Part shown: piece after piece, positions 43,343 to 54,777 of the stretch
Layout of the letters: each line of letters begins with the position of its first letter
Position numbering within the stretch: position 1 is the first letter of the stretch
From: Tortispora ganteri
Lineage: Eukaryota
Length of the DNA stretch: 64,000 nt
Direction of reading: 5' to 3'
Assembly: GCA_003707115.1 (NCBI GenBank)
Contig: PPNB01000024.1
Span: 62,001-126,000, forward strand
Made by a program: the position numbers and the translations under genes
The notes under the pieces: model-generated
The model's input: the letters and a program-made list of their open reading frames with translations, nothing else
The model's database searches: none
What the model was told of the DNA's origin: nothing

Positions 43343-44848
43343 ATGAATTCAGATAACCAGCAACTCGCAGACTCCTACAGAGAGCGTGGGAATGAATTTT
43401 ATAGAAGTGGCGACTACGCTTCAGCAATTAAATTGTATTCAGATGCTTTAGACCTGTTCCCTGATTACACAACAGCATTAGGCAACAGATCGATGGCTTA
43501 TCTAAATGCTCAGAAATACTCTTTGGCTCTACAGGACGCCAGAAGAGCGTGTCTTATTGAACCAGATTCACAAAAGGCTATTGTTCGTCTTGCTAAAATT
43601 CAAATGTTAATGGGTTTAGTAGACGAAGCTCTGGCTACATTATCTCGAGCGAATGACTCGTCTGACGCTGTAAGCATATACCGCAAGGCGCAAGAAATGC
43701 AACAGCACATTACCAGAGCCGAAAATATGCTTCAATCTGGCTCTCCGGGACTTGCAGCACACTCAATAAATTCAGCTGAGCGTCTTTTAGGCCCGGGTGC
43801 TACCGTACCAAGAAAATGGACCGCGTTGAAAGGACATTGCCTTCTCAACGACGGCAAGATAGACGAGGCCACAAATTTAGCTACTAACTTTCTCCGAAGC
43901 GATGCATCGGATCCAGAAGCATTAACTCTCCGTGGAAGAGTTCTGTACTTTCAGGGCGACACTACTCGAGCACTTGCCCACCTTTCTGAAGCTTTGAAGT
44001 TCGATCCGGACCACAAGCTTGCCAGACAGCTGAATCGCACTGTGCGAGATGTTGAAAGAAAGAAAACGGAAGGTAACAATAAGTTTAAGGCAGGTCAGTT
44101 GCGTGAAGCTTTAAATCTTTATACTGAAGCGCTCGAGATAGATAAGACCAACACGTTCATGAATGCAAGGTTGTATTCCAATAGAGCTACTGTGCATACT
44201 AAGATGGGCAATTACGAAGAGGCATTGGCCGATTGTTCGCGGGCTATGGAACTGGATCCTGAGTTTATTAAGGCAAGAAAAATACGGGCACGTGCTTTAG
44301 GTCGCTTGGAGCGATGGGAAGAGGCAGTGAGTGAGTTCAAGGAATGCATTGACAAAGATCCTCAAGATAATGCGATACGTGCTGAATTGAACGAAGCCGA
44401 AGTTGCTTATAAACGATCGCTAATAAAAGATTATTACAAGATTCTCGGCGTGAGCAAAGACTGTACGGATCATGAACTGAAAAAGGCATATAGGAGACAA
44501 GCACTCGTTCATCACCCCGACAAGAACCCTGACAATCCAGCTGCGCAAGAGAAGTTCAAGGACGTTGGAGAAGCGTACGAGATTCTCTCTGATCCGCAGA
44601 AACGACGAATGTACGATGCTGGCATTGACCCGAACGATCCTAATGCTGGAATGGGCGGTATGGGAGGCATGCACGCAGGTGGAGCAAACATCGACCCTAC
44701 TGTACTTTTCCAGATGTTCGGCGGCATGGGTGGCATGGGCGGCGGCATGGGTGGAATGAACGGCATGGGAGGCGGCATGGGAGGAATGGGTGGTGGCCAC
44801 TCGTCACAATTCGGGTACGGATCGCAGTTTGGACATTCAAATTGGTGA
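43343..44848 (+). CDS. DNAJC7: TPR plus J-domain co-chaperone (DNAJC7/Tpr2 homologue)
   Basis: TPR repeats (GNEFY, GNNKFK, LYSNRA), J-domain DYYKILGV...HHPDKN, and a GGM-rich tail. Confidence 0.92.
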   Translation: MNSDNQQLADSYRERGNEFYRSGDYASAIKLYSDALDLFPDYTTALGNRSMAYLNAQKYSLALQDARRACLIEPDSQKAIVRLAKIQMLMGLVDEALATLSRANDSSDAVSIYRKAQEMQQHITRAENMLQSGSPGLAAHSINSAERLLGPGATVPRKWTALKGHCLLNDGKIDEATNLATNFLRSDASDPEALTLRGRVLYFQGDTTRALAHLSEALKFDPDHKLARQLNRTVRDVERKKTEGNNKFKAGQLREALNLYTEALEIDKTNTFMNARLYSNRATVHTKMGNYEEALADCSRAMELDPEFIKARKIRARALGRLERWEEAVSEFKECIDKDPQDNAIRAELNEAEVAYKRSLIKDYYKILGVSKDCTDHELKKAYRRQALVHHPDKNPDNPAAQEKFKDVGEAYEILSDPQKRRMYDAGIDPNDPNAGMGGMGGMHAGGANIDPTVLFQMFGGMGGMGGGMGGMNGMGGGMGGMGGGHSSQFGYGSQFGHSNW

Positions 44849-45035
44849 ACGAACCGCAGTCGAATGAGCGCTCATCTTTGACGCTTTATGTATAATGGCA
44901 CACAACTTTATGCACACGCATGCACACGCATGCGCTTAATGTTATTTGTTATGTGTAGTTTCTGTGCGTATAATGTACATACGGTGGGGGCTGTACCGCA
45001 TTAAAGGGGTCGTGATGTAGAAAAATAGCAAGCTT

Positions 45036-45476
45036 TTAGTCGCCAGAAGCGCAGCCTCTACAGCCGCACGGTCTGCATCTAATACTTTTGATATCATCGT
45101 CTGCAGCAGTCATGCTACCCTTCGGTACGCGGCATATACATGTAGTTTTGGCGCCGACAGATCCAGTAGCGATACAGCGTAAACAGCAAAGGTTTTCGTA
45201 GCCCTGTTTTTTCCATTTGGCTATGAGGAGCGGGTCGCCGAGGCGTACCTTCAGAAGCCATTCGTAGAGTTCCTTAGAAATGGCATGTTTGCGATAGTAC
45301 ATTTCATAAATATATCTGGACCGTTGATGAAGTAGCTGGAAGACCTTCCATGTAGTTTCCTCTGAAGAAACGCCACTGAGCTCTTCGATACGTTCGGCAA
45401 AGGCATCGAGAGTCGATTTGACCTCGTCGTAACCCTTTGGTGGAGCCTGTCGACTCTTTCTCGCAGATTTACTCAT
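45036..45476 (-). CDS. BUD31: Splicing factor Bud31/G10
   Basis: HQRSRYIY, LIAKWKKQGYENLCCLRCI, CICRVP and CGCRGCASGD*. Confidence 0.95.
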   Translation of the reverse strand: MSKSARKSRQAPPKGYDEVKSTLDAFAERIEELSGVSSEETTWKVFQLLHQRSRYIYEMYYRKHAISKELYEWLLKVRLGDPLLIAKWKKQGYENLCCLRCIATGSVGAKTTCICRVPKGSMTAADDDIKSIRCRPCGCRGCASGD

Positions 45477-45690
45477 AACCTGTATTGGAGCAAACTAGTA
45501 TAGTCTGCAGAGAGCGACTAGATACTGCGAAGATGCGGATCGAGAAGGATTTGCAGTTATAGCGAGTGCTCAGAAAGGTCAATGGATGTAGACTGTAGTG
45601 GGAGCAGTATCAGCCAATAGGAGGGCACGATTGCACGATATCACAGGTACACATTGACTAGCAACTTCACGCGACGGCCTAGCGCGCCTT

Positions 45691-47412
45691 ATGGACTACA
45701 AGAACTTGTACTTGGAGTGGCTTAAGGAGGAGGCAGACAAGGTTGTTGATAAGAACTATAATCGGGCGTCTGTGCTGCGGAAAGCACATGACTCGTTGGA
45801 AGCGTGTCCATTTGCGTTTAGCCACCCGAATGAATTGACGCGTCTGAAGTATTTTGGCCCCAGCACGTGCGAGCTGCTAAATCGCCGTCTGAAAAAACAC
45901 TGTCTGGCACTTGGAGTCGATCCACCAATAGATAAAGGATCCAGCAACGTCCAGCAGCAGAATGCGCGGGCGATGGACGCTAGTGTTGCACGATCTACTC
46001 AATCCACGCGGGCCTATGTGCCCAAATCGAACAGCGGCGCATGGGCTTTACTTATTGCGCTGCTGAATACCCATCCGCGTGAACTGCACAAGACAGAACT
46101 GTCGGAAGCCGCACAAGAGTACTGCTCTGCAAGCTTCTCTGTCCCGCGAAACGTCAATTCGTACTCGGGATCGATCGCCTCTGGTGCCCCCAAGATTAGA
46201 TACACAGCCTGGAACTCCATAAGCACGCTCGAGACAAAGGATATGGTGTATCACAGCGGCCATCCGCCTCGGTACGGTCTGACTGATGCCGGGCTTAAGC
46301 TGGCGCGGGCGCTCAAAGAGACCAACGACCGTCTGCAGAGCATGGCTTCTACGACTAAGGTGCTTAAGGCGACCAGTCCGAATAACACAAGCAGCATTCC
46401 GGAAGACGAGCCATCATATCGCTCTTCAGACTGCGATCTGATACTCTCTCAGCCTGCTTTGCAGCCTACGCCACGGTCTGATACACGGTCAGTGTCAAAT
46501 TTACTTCAACACGATGCGAACTTCCGAAAAGGCACCGCCTGGCCGGCAGGATCCTACGACATTGTACTGATCCTAGACGACCACGAACTACGCGGCGAAT
46601 TTGATGCATCGGTATTTGCACAGAAGAAAAAAATCCACGGCATAGTCGGGCATGTGCGAAGACTATCTATCGGCGACGCTCTGTGGCTTGCCCGACACAA
46701 ATCGTCACAAGAGGAAGTAGTACTCGATTTTATATGCGAAAGAAAACGGATTGATGACCTTACGAGATCTATTATTGACGGCAGGTACGCCGAACAAAAG
46801 CGACGCATGGAACTATACGCACCGAGACATAAGCTCTACTTAGTCGAAGACGCTGATATCCACACGAGCAGCAGAATAAACTGGGATAAGATAGGGAAAG
46901 CTGTACAAACTGCACTTACGCAGACTGTCGCCGTACACAAGTTTCACACACAAAGAACTACGGGCATAGACGACACTTTGGACTTCTTGTGCAGATTTAC
47001 GTCTAAGCTCAAGAATCACTACCGAAACACAGATATCGAGCCGGTCCACGATATAAGTGCCGAATCATACCAGAAACTACTACGGGAAGACGTGCAAGGG
47101 CCTTATGTTGTATTCCATTATTTTAATCTCATTTCAGAGAAGAGGGTGAGTTCAACAATTAGCCAGGTATATGTCAGAATGTTGATCGCAGGCACAAAGG
47201 GCGTATCGATCGAAAAGGCGCTAGCTATTCAGCGACTTTATCCGACGCCGCACCATCTACTAACTGCATACAAAAAACTGTCAACAGCACAGGAAAGAGC
47301 AGATATGCTGTTTCTGGCACTAGGTCCGCAAGCACAGCCAGGTGTTCCCCGTAGTCGGCATATTGGCAAAGTTCTGTCGGCTAAAATCGCAGAGAGTTGG
47401 GCAAAGATATGA
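45691..47412 (+). CDS. MUS81: Structure-specific endonuclease Mus81
   Basis: N-terminal HhH, winged helix (YVPKSNSGAWALL, YTAWNS), ERCC4 motif GD...ERKRIDDL..SIIDGRYAEQK, and C-terminal HhH. Confidence 0.93.
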   Translation: MDYKNLYLEWLKEEADKVVDKNYNRASVLRKAHDSLEACPFAFSHPNELTRLKYFGPSTCELLNRRLKKHCLALGVDPPIDKGSSNVQQQNARAMDASVARSTQSTRAYVPKSNSGAWALLIALLNTHPRELHKTELSEAAQEYCSASFSVPRNVNSYSGSIASGAPKIRYTAWNSISTLETKDMVYHSGHPPRYGLTDAGLKLARALKETNDRLQSMASTTKVLKATSPNNTSSIPEDEPSYRSSDCDLILSQPALQPTPRSDTRSVSNLLQHDANFRKGTAWPAGSYDIVLILDDHELRGEFDASVFAQKKKIHGIVGHVRRLSIGDALWLARHKSSQEEVVLDFICERKRIDDLTRSIIDGRYAEQKRRMELYAPRHKLYLVEDADIHTSSRINWDKIGKAVQTALTQTVAVHKFHTQRTTGIDDTLDFLCRFTSKLKNHYRNTDIEPVHDISAESYQKLLREDVQGPYVVFHYFNLISEKRVSSTISQVYVRMLIAGTKGVSIEKALAIQRLYPTPHHLLTAYKKLSTAQERADMLFLALGPQAQPGVPRSRHIGKVLSAKIAESWAKI

Positions 47413-47415
47413 CCA

Positions 47416-48660
47416 TTATTCACTGTCGGATGAATTCATCCCAGCTTCCATCTCAAGATCCCAGTCCTCCATGTCACTGACATTTACAGAGTTGTCATCC
47501 GATCCCACATCACTCATTGGTAAGTTATCATCATCGTTATCGTCGTGCTGATCCGTACTCTGCTGGGCTTCCTTTTTGGCCTGCAGTTTCTGCTTCTTGG
47601 CCTGTTTCTTTTCCAGTTTGGCTTTGACATTCTTCTCCTGCTCAGCACGACGACGGGCCTTCAGCTGTTCCTTCTCAGCGTGTGCTTTGTCTAGAGCCTG
47701 GATCTCATCTGCCGATTTAGTTATCAACGAATGGTACAGCACTTTGCCATCACACACGCCCTCCTCTATTTTTATCAGCCGTAACCGCATACGCGGGCCG
47801 ATTTCGGTCAACCTCAGAGCCTTTTTGCGTTTTTCGGTAATTGTCGCATCGAAATGATCTTCTTCTTCGCTCTGTAATGACACCCTAGCTGCGGCGGTCG
47901 CCTGAAGAACAACTGTATCAACAGTGCCGTCCTCTTCTATCTCTGATTCTGAAGTGTATCCTGCAACAGAGTTGTCCAACAGGTACTCCGATATATCGCT
48001 GCGCTTTTTTAGGTCCGGAAGCGGTTTCGATTTGTTTTTTGCAATCGCGCGCAACCGTTTCACGCCGCGAGACCCTTGCACGACCTCTTCGGCTTTGAGA
48101 TAGTAATGACGAAGTTCGATCATTCCAGTCTTTCCATCGTAATGCAACAGCAGAATGCGCTTGATTGCATTCAGCGATACTGTTTGTGCGGAGATTGCAG
48201 GGAACATGTTTTGAAACATCGAAATGATTACTTTTTCTGCCGGTGTGGTGCTAGGGAAGCCGTTCAAAACAAGCAACGGAGACGCCGCCAGATCAGCGCG
48301 TACCGATTTCGGACGTCTTTGCGACTTAATCACATCTTTGATCAGAGAGTATGCTTCTATACGGAAATGAAGCGTGGGTCCTCGAGGCGTTTTGGCAATA
48401 CGCAGAGACGGTATGCCGGATTTCGACAGACCGAAGATCAACAGATGAGACACACCCAGTGGGCCTGCAATGCTCAAGAAGTCGCGCAGTTTATTGGCTT
48501 TGCGTTCTCGTAACTTCGCTGCAGTATGTGGAGACATTATGATACGCGTGTCTTTCACTAATTGCGACAAGGCTTTGCCTGGATCTTCGCCAAGTTGAAT
48601 AACCATCGACTGGGGAACTTTACCGGCATCAGCCATTTGATCTGTGCCTGCCTTTGCCAT
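47416..48660 (-). CDS. SSF1: Brix-domain ribosome biogenesis protein Ssf1/2
   Basis: PHTAAKLRERKANKLRDF, PRGPTLHF and LTEIGPRMRLRLIKIEEG. First ATG at 48660. Confidence 0.93.
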   Translation of the reverse strand: MAKAGTDQMADAGKVPQSMVIQLGEDPGKALSQLVKDTRIIMSPHTAAKLRERKANKLRDFLSIAGPLGVSHLLIFGLSKSGIPSLRIAKTPRGPTLHFRIEAYSLIKDVIKSQRRPKSVRADLAASPLLVLNGFPSTTPAEKVIISMFQNMFPAISAQTVSLNAIKRILLLHYDGKTGMIELRHYYLKAEEVVQGSRGVKRLRAIAKNKSKPLPDLKKRSDISEYLLDNSVAGYTSESEIEEDGTVDTVVLQATAAARVSLQSEEEDHFDATITEKRKKALRLTEIGPRMRLRLIKIEEGVCDGKVLYHSLITKSADEIQALDKAHAEKEQLKARRRAEQEKNVKAKLEKKQAKKQKLQAKKEAQQSTDQHDDNDDDNLPMSDVGSDDNSVNVSDMEDWDLEMEAGMNSSDSE

Positions 48661-48979
48661 GTGCGCAGTTCTACAGTTCAAACTATATATAAATAATCGT
48701 TACTACTGGTTAATACTTGCAGTAACAATAAGTCAAAGGAAAAACAGAGAAATTAATGTCCTGTTTGCGTCCAGGAAAATAGATCGATGAAAGCACTCAG
48801 TGGGAAAGAAAAAAGAACGTAAACGTAAATTATGCATGAAACCATAGCAACGGAACTCTTAAGTGCCTTAAGTTTTACTCTACCACCAAACACAGCAACC
48901 TGACCAAGCAAAAAAACATTGTTACCGACTGCAAGACTTATTCTCGACTGTCTGCATAAAGTCGATAGCGCTTTGTATA

Positions 48980-51900
48980 ATGACTGATTCTCAAGATTTA
49001 GACAATGAATTGGAAACTTATATTGATGCCAGTCGGTTGGTGGATAACGCCGCTGAACAGATTAACAACCCACAACCTGTCGACACAGTCGAGACCGCGC
49101 CTGGAATGCACGGTGAATCTGTGGTTCTGCGGTTAAGTAAATTTTATCAAATCAATATTGAGATCGTTCAAAAGTTTGAGCCTGAAGTGATTGAATGTCT
49201 CTCTGCTAAAGAACGTGACTTTTCCATTCTTCTCAATGACAAAACTATCGCAGAAACAACGCTGGAATCGCAGATTCATCTATCACGCGCGGAAACTTCA
49301 AAAATACGACAGCAGCTTGGATCTATCCAAGCAGAAAACCATGAGTTACGAAAATTAATTTCTGACGCTGAAGCCTCGCGGTCGGAAGCCGATGCGAATG
49401 CCTCACAAGTAGTTGCCCGTTGTACCGCTGCCGAATCTGAAACCCAGCTTTTAAGGAGCAGACTGGAACTATTGGAAGACGATAAAAGAAAGTGCTTTGA
49501 GTTGTTAGATAGAAGGTCTGGTGAAATTGCCTCATTAAGAGGTGATATCAATTCATTGAATGAACGTTTATCTCAGGCTCGCAAAGCGACAATTGAAGCT
49601 GAAGAGTTGGCTCGTCAAGCTACTGCCGAAAAGAGTTCATTCCTAATACGAGAAAACTCCTTACAAGAGGAGCTTGCTATGGTACGCAAAAATAACGGTC
49701 TTCTAGAGAAAGAACTTCAAGAGTTGTCAGAGAAGTTTTCTGAGTTCAGAAAGGCCAAATCGAAAGACTTCACTGAAATCAATTTGCAATTGGATAGTGC
49801 TCTGACTGAGCTTCAACAGAACAAACAACTTCTTTCTAATGTTCAAAATCAATTGGCAGATGCCAACACCATGGTTCAAGAAAAAATCCAACAAATATCT
49901 GAGTTAAAACGCTCTCAAAACTCCCTTGAGGAAAATTTCAGAACTGAAATGGCTACACAGAAACGTCTAACTGAACTGGCCGAAAGGAGTGCAGCTGAAT
50001 CGCGCGCGCATATCGTTGAATTAGAAAATACCCTTGAAATTGAACGAAATAATCATGCAGAGGAACTCTCTGAATATAAAGTATCGCTTACAGATACCGA
50101 ATCAAAGTACGCCGCGGCCAATGAGCAGCTTGCCTTACTGGAAAGTCAGTTGCAAGGATTGCACGACACATCTATGATATCTAACTCTAATGACTTTGAC
50201 GACTCTGCACTACCATCAACGCCGCTAGCCAATACGAGCAATGGCATTGAGATATTCTCACCCGCTGCTAAAGCAATTTCAGAGGTCAAACGCTCAGGTC
50301 TTTCATTAACTAAACTGTACAGCGACTATAACGCCCTAAAACGTCAACTTTCAGCCGAACAAAATCGCAATGCCACTCTCCAGCAAAGCTTTGACGAATT
50401 GATTGAAGAATTGGAAAGCAGGGCTCCTATTCTTCAGGCAGAGCGACAAGAAGCTAAACGTGCTCAACTAGAGTTAACTGAAATGTCTAAGCTGCTTGAA
50501 AGCTCCGAATCTGCCAAATCAACTCTGGAGAACAGCGTGAAAAGCTTAAAGCAGAAGATCGAAGGTTTGACATCTAATGAAAAATCGTTGAAAACATCTG
50601 TTCGTGATCTTTCACGACAAGTTCAGGTTCTGTTGGTTGAAATAGAGAATCTCAGTCCGGGTTCTAATCCTCTATCTATCGTTGAGCGCAGCGTACTCCG
50701 AAAAATAATTGAAGATGGCCCAGAACAATTACAAGAATCTGATGCAAATGCTGTTATTTCTGAACGAATGGTTCTTTTCAAGAATGTGAACGAGTTACAG
50801 AAGCAAAACGAATCACTTTTAAAAGTTACTCGCGAGTTAGTCGAGAAAATGGAGAAGAGCGAAGCTCAATCTGATAGTTCTGCGGCTGATCAGTCCGTTA
50901 TTGAAGAGGCTACTCGAACTATTGAAAGCCTTCGCGCAGATTTGAAGAAAATCACTGAACGTGCTGAATCTTATGCGAAAGAGAGAGACATGTTTAGAAG
51001 ATTGGTTTCGTCTAAGCAAGAGCATCATATAACAGTAGAGCACGGCACTCCAGAGTCTAGTAGCCGCATTGAAGAGCTCATGAAACAAAATGAACTTTCT
51101 AGCAAAGCCTTGCTTGACCTGCAAGAAGAATACGCCAATTATAGGTCAGAATCAGAAGCTAATATGAAATTGTTGGATTCAAAGGGCCAATCTTTGTCGG
51201 ACGAATGCCACGAATTGCGCCTTTCTCTGACTAAAGTGCAGTCACAACTCGAACTTGAGCAAGAAAAGCTGCGAAACATGAATGATCAGTCGCAGTGGCT
51301 GAGAAACGAGAACGAGGAACTTAAAGGCCAAGTAAAGAGACTTCAAGAATTTACAAACAAACAAGAAGCTAATTCTCAAAAGACATTTGATGATCTTCTA
51401 GAAGCAAAATCCGCACTCGATTCCAAAACCAATGAATTATTGCAAATTAAAGCTGAACGGGAAGTATGGCATAATGTTGAAACTCGACTCATGGATGACA
51501 ATAAAACCTTAGCATCTGATAAAGCTCGATTGGAAGGCATGGTTCAGAGCCTTCAGTCTCTTCAGGCTGAATACGATGCCAATGAATCTAAAAAGCTGGG
51601 TGAATATCAAGCTCGCGTTGAAGAACTGGAGGTTGAATTACGACAAGTAAACGACAAGTTGGCTGAAGAGCAGGCTGAAATTGGTAAAATAATTTCCAGA
51701 AAAGACTCGGAACTAGTTGATTTACAAATCAGACATGATAAAACGGTCGGAGACCTTGCTGATGTTAGGGAGTCACTTGCAATCGCACGAAGCGAAAAGG
51801 CCTCTATTGAGAGAAAGCTTGAGGTAACCACAAACTCATTGAAATTTGCTGAAGATACAATTAATATTTTGCAAAAATCATCTGCTGATGTGCACAATAA

Positions 51901-54697
51901 AGGCGCATCTGAAGAAACTACCACTGGAAATGAAATCTCGAACTTAAGAAGTGCTTTAGAGAATGCCAAATCCGAGTTTGCAGATTGTCAGCGCGAGTTA
52001 GAGACATACAAAACATTTGCTGCTGCTAGCGAAGAGGCTCTTGAGAAAATCACAACTGAGAAGGATGAGATTGTCAAAACTACCTCTGAACAACTTGCAC
52101 AGAAGGAAGCACGCATTAGTGAACTTGCAGGTGATGTCGAGCGTCTCGAAGCAGAACTTCATGATACGAAGGCTGAGCTTTCTCAATCGACGAATAATTT
52201 TAACACAAAGGTCTCCACGTTGCGAGAAGAGAAGAAAGTAGTCGAAATGGAGCTACAGGAATTGAGTGTTAAAAGTGAAAATGCCTTTAAAGAGGTTGCT
52301 ACACTGCGTCAGGAAATTGCCACCCTCAATCAACTTGCTGCTGATCTCACCAAAGACAATAAAGAGAATCGCCAGAAGTATTCAGAAGCAGAAAATAGCC
52401 TGAATGAAGCACGTGGTGAAGTTTCCAGCTTGACACGAAAGTTGAAGGAAGCTGAGATTGAGATTTCACATTTGTCAGAAAGGTACTCTTCTGCTGAAGA
52501 ATCTTGGGACACCCTCAAGATTGATTATCAGACTGAAATTGAAAACCTGAAAGTGAAATATGAGGAAGTTTTACGTACTAACGACAACCTGTCCACGCAC
52601 CTGGAAACTCTTAACCAGAGCTTAGACAGGCTTCGAATCTCGCGAAATATTTCATTTGGAACTCCAATTAGAGGTTCATCGCATAGCGATAATGAAGACA
52701 TCAGCATTGGTGAAGGATCAGACATGATTACTGCCCAACTGGGTGCTGAAAGAAGTCTTCGCGACCTTATATCAGTCCTCACCCGAGACTGCAATACTTT
52801 GCGAACGAAATGCGAGTCTCTGCAGCAAGAGAAAGTCGGGATGCAACAAAGAGAGAGACTCTTGCAGTCTAAGATTGATGATTTGCAAATTACATTGGAA
52901 CGAATCAAACTTAAGACGTCTACTGATGTTTCCTCGGAGGAATACTCACGTCTTGTTGCCGGTATGCGAGAGCTTAACTCTCTTCGAGAGGCTAACGAAA
53001 TGATGCAAAGCGACTATGCCAAAGCTATTTCTCGAAACGACGAGCTTACTAAGAAATTAGAAGCGATCAATGAAGATATGGCCCCGCTGAAGGAGAAGCT
53101 TAATAACCTTGAGGCTGAAACGGAAGCAAAAGATATGCAAATTGCTTCATTATCCGATGAGGCTGAAAAGTGGAAAAAGAGATCACAAGAAGTGCTGCAC
53201 AAATACCAACGCATTGATCCCTCTGAATTGAAAAATATGGAGGAGAAGATCCAATCTATGGAAAATGAAGCTAGTGAGTTTAATGAGCGAGTTAGCACAT
53301 ATGAGAAGTCTATCTCAGAGTTGCAATCTCGAATTAACGAGCTCGAGCAAGAACTGCACACCACTCGACAGAACTTTGAAGACGCTACTCGTACAATTGA
53401 AAGTCTAAAAGGTGAAGTGTCTGAAAAGGAAGCTAAAATCAAAACGACAGAGGAAGAGGCTGCTAAGAAGACCGAGCAACTGTTCAACCAATATCAGCAA
53501 AGAATATCTAAGAGAAGAGCTCAATATGAGGAAGCTTCAGCCAAACTTAAAGCTGCTGAGGCTGTGATTCAAGAGAAAGAGACCGAAATAGCGACCTTAA
53601 AAGCTGCTGGAGGATCCCAGTCAGGTAACTCTTCGGAAGTTGCTATGTTAAAGGCTCAAGTTGAAGACCTTACAATGAGTCTAATCGCAAAAGATAAGCA
53701 AATAGATGAGCTTAGGCAGAAGGTTTCTGAATTAGAGCAGAAACTCAACTCTGCTAATACGGCCACTGAGGCTGATGCCGGTGATGAGAACAATGCTATT
53801 GCCTTGAAGAAACTTCAAGATGATATGAACAGTTTGAAACAGGAGAATGACCGACTGGTATCACAGTTACAGAAGGAGAAATCCGATCTAGAAAAAGCTG
53901 TTGCTGATTTGAAAGAGAAAGCTGCTGCATCTACTAGTGAAACCAAGGGTTCAGATGAGAAAGTGGCACAACTGAAATCTGAAATTAACGAATTGAAACA
54001 GAAAGCTAGTAGTCAATCTTCTGCCAGTACGGCAGATATTGATTCATTAGTTAACGAAAAGCTAGCTGCCGCTAAGAATCAATGGTTCAATGAAACTGAA
54101 GCTCTACGCAAGAAAAATACTGAGCGTGAGATTGAAGCTGTTTCTCGCCGGTTGAAAGAGAAATTTGACAAAGAAAAAGAAGAGTACCAGAAGAATATTG
54201 CCACACCATCTTCTTCTACGCCACCTAATGGACCAAAAGACTTGTCAAAAGACAAGGCTGCTGATTCTGCTGCACAAGCGATCAAGGCTGCTGAACTGAA
54301 GAGCGAGCTGTTAGCAATGAAACTAAAACGTGCAGAAGCTCAGATTGCTGAACTGCAAGGTGGGGCTAATAATATTACGAAACCAGCACCTAACGCTGCA
54401 AGTACTTCAGCCATGCCGGTGCCAAAACCTTCTGGAATTATTGCTCCAAGTAAGTTGCCTACAAATTCTCTAGGTTCTGAGACGACGAAAGCCAGCAGTA
54501 TCCCTGCCCCTACTCTAATGCGACCCACTTTAGCTCGCCCCAGACGTGCAACTGAAGGATCCTCAGATGATCACGATACAACTAGCAAAAGAAGCCGACA
54601 GAATACTGGTCGAGATACTGAAGAACCTTCAGGCGCCAGTCCTGCAGAGGAAGCGAGTCCTGTTCCTCTGAAACGCCGCAAAGAAGGCGGTAACTGA
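48980..54697 (+). CDS. MLP1: Nuclear basket coiled-coil protein Mlp1/Tpr
   Basis: A 1905-aa coiled coil with FRTEMATQKRL, GLSLTKLYSDY, ELESRAP, FKNVNELQKQN and KWKKRSQEVLHKY. C-terminal NLS-like KRRK. Confidence 0.88.
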   Translation: MTDSQDLDNELETYIDASRLVDNAAEQINNPQPVDTVETAPGMHGESVVLRLSKFYQINIEIVQKFEPEVIECLSAKERDFSILLNDKTIAETTLESQIHLSRAETSKIRQQLGSIQAENHELRKLISDAEASRSEADANASQVVARCTAAESETQLLRSRLELLEDDKRKCFELLDRRSGEIASLRGDINSLNERLSQARKATIEAEELARQATAEKSSFLIRENSLQEELAMVRKNNGLLEKELQELSEKFSEFRKAKSKDFTEINLQLDSALTELQQNKQLLSNVQNQLADANTMVQEKIQQISELKRSQNSLEENFRTEMATQKRLTELAERSAAESRAHIVELENTLEIERNNHAEELSEYKVSLTDTESKYAAANEQLALLESQLQGLHDTSMISNSNDFDDSALPSTPLANTSNGIEIFSPAAKAISEVKRSGLSLTKLYSDYNALKRQLSAEQNRNATLQQSFDELIEELESRAPILQAERQEAKRAQLELTEMSKLLESSESAKSTLENSVKSLKQKIEGLTSNEKSLKTSVRDLSRQVQVLLVEIENLSPGSNPLSIVERSVLRKIIEDGPEQLQESDANAVISERMVLFKNVNELQKQNESLLKVTRELVEKMEKSEAQSDSSAADQSVIEEATRTIESLRADLKKITERAESYAKERDMFRRLVSSKQEHHITVEHGTPESSSRIEELMKQNELSSKALLDLQEEYANYRSESEANMKLLDSKGQSLSDECHELRLSLTKVQSQLELEQEKLRNMNDQSQWLRNENEELKGQVKRLQEFTNKQEANSQKTFDDLLEAKSALDSKTNELLQIKAEREVWHNVETRLMDDNKTLASDKARLEGMVQSLQSLQAEYDANESKKLGEYQARVEELEVELRQVNDKLAEEQAEIGKIISRKDSELVDLQIRHDKTVGDLADVRESLAIARSEKASIERKLEVTTNSLKFAEDTINILQKSSADVHNKGASEETTTGNEISNLRSALENAKSEFADCQRELETYKTFAAASEEALEKITTEKDEIVKTTSEQLAQKEARISELAGDVERLEAELHDTKAELSQSTNNFNTKVSTLREEKKVVEMELQELSVKSENAFKEVATLRQEIATLNQLAADLTKDNKENRQKYSEAENSLNEARGEVSSLTRKLKEAEIEISHLSERYSSAEESWDTLKIDYQTEIENLKVKYEEVLRTNDNLSTHLETLNQSLDRLRISRNISFGTPIRGSSHSDNEDISIGEGSDMITAQLGAERSLRDLISVLTRDCNTLRTKCESLQQEKVGMQQRERLLQSKIDDLQITLERIKLKTSTDVSSEEYSRLVAGMRELNSLREANEMMQSDYAKAISRNDELTKKLEAINEDMAPLKEKLNNLEAETEAKDMQIASLSDEAEKWKKRSQEVLHKYQRIDPSELKNMEEKIQSMENEASEFNERVSTYEKSISELQSRINELEQELHTTRQNFEDATRTIESLKGEVSEKEAKIKTTEEEAAKKTEQLFNQYQQRISKRRAQYEEASAKLKAAEAVIQEKETEIATLKAAGGSQSGNSSEVAMLKAQVEDLTMSLIAKDKQIDELRQKVSELEQKLNSANTATEADAGDENNAIALKKLQDDMNSLKQENDRLVSQLQKEKSDLEKAVADLKEKAAASTSETKGSDEKVAQLKSEINELKQKASSQSSASTADIDSLVNEKLAAAKNQWFNETEALRKKNTEREIEAVSRRLKEKFDKEKEEYQKNIATPSSSTPPNGPKDLSKDKAADSAAQAIKAAELKSELLAMKLKRAEAQIAELQGGANNITKPAPNAASTSAMPVPKPSGIIAPSKLPTNSLGSETTKASSIPAPTLMRPTLARPRRATEGSSDDHDTTSKRSRQNTGRDTEEPSGASPAEEASPVPLKRRKEGGN

Positions 54698-54777
54698 GTT
54701 TTTGTATGATTTTTATTGTCGACCATATTTATAATATTGACTTTTTGAATAGGCCTTACCGCCTAGATTTAACCTTA

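Noticed and set aside
44640..44800. GGCATGGG-type repeats at the end of DNAJC7
   Set aside because: They encode the ordinary Gly/Met-rich tail of J-proteins. They are not a CRISPR array or mobile repeat.
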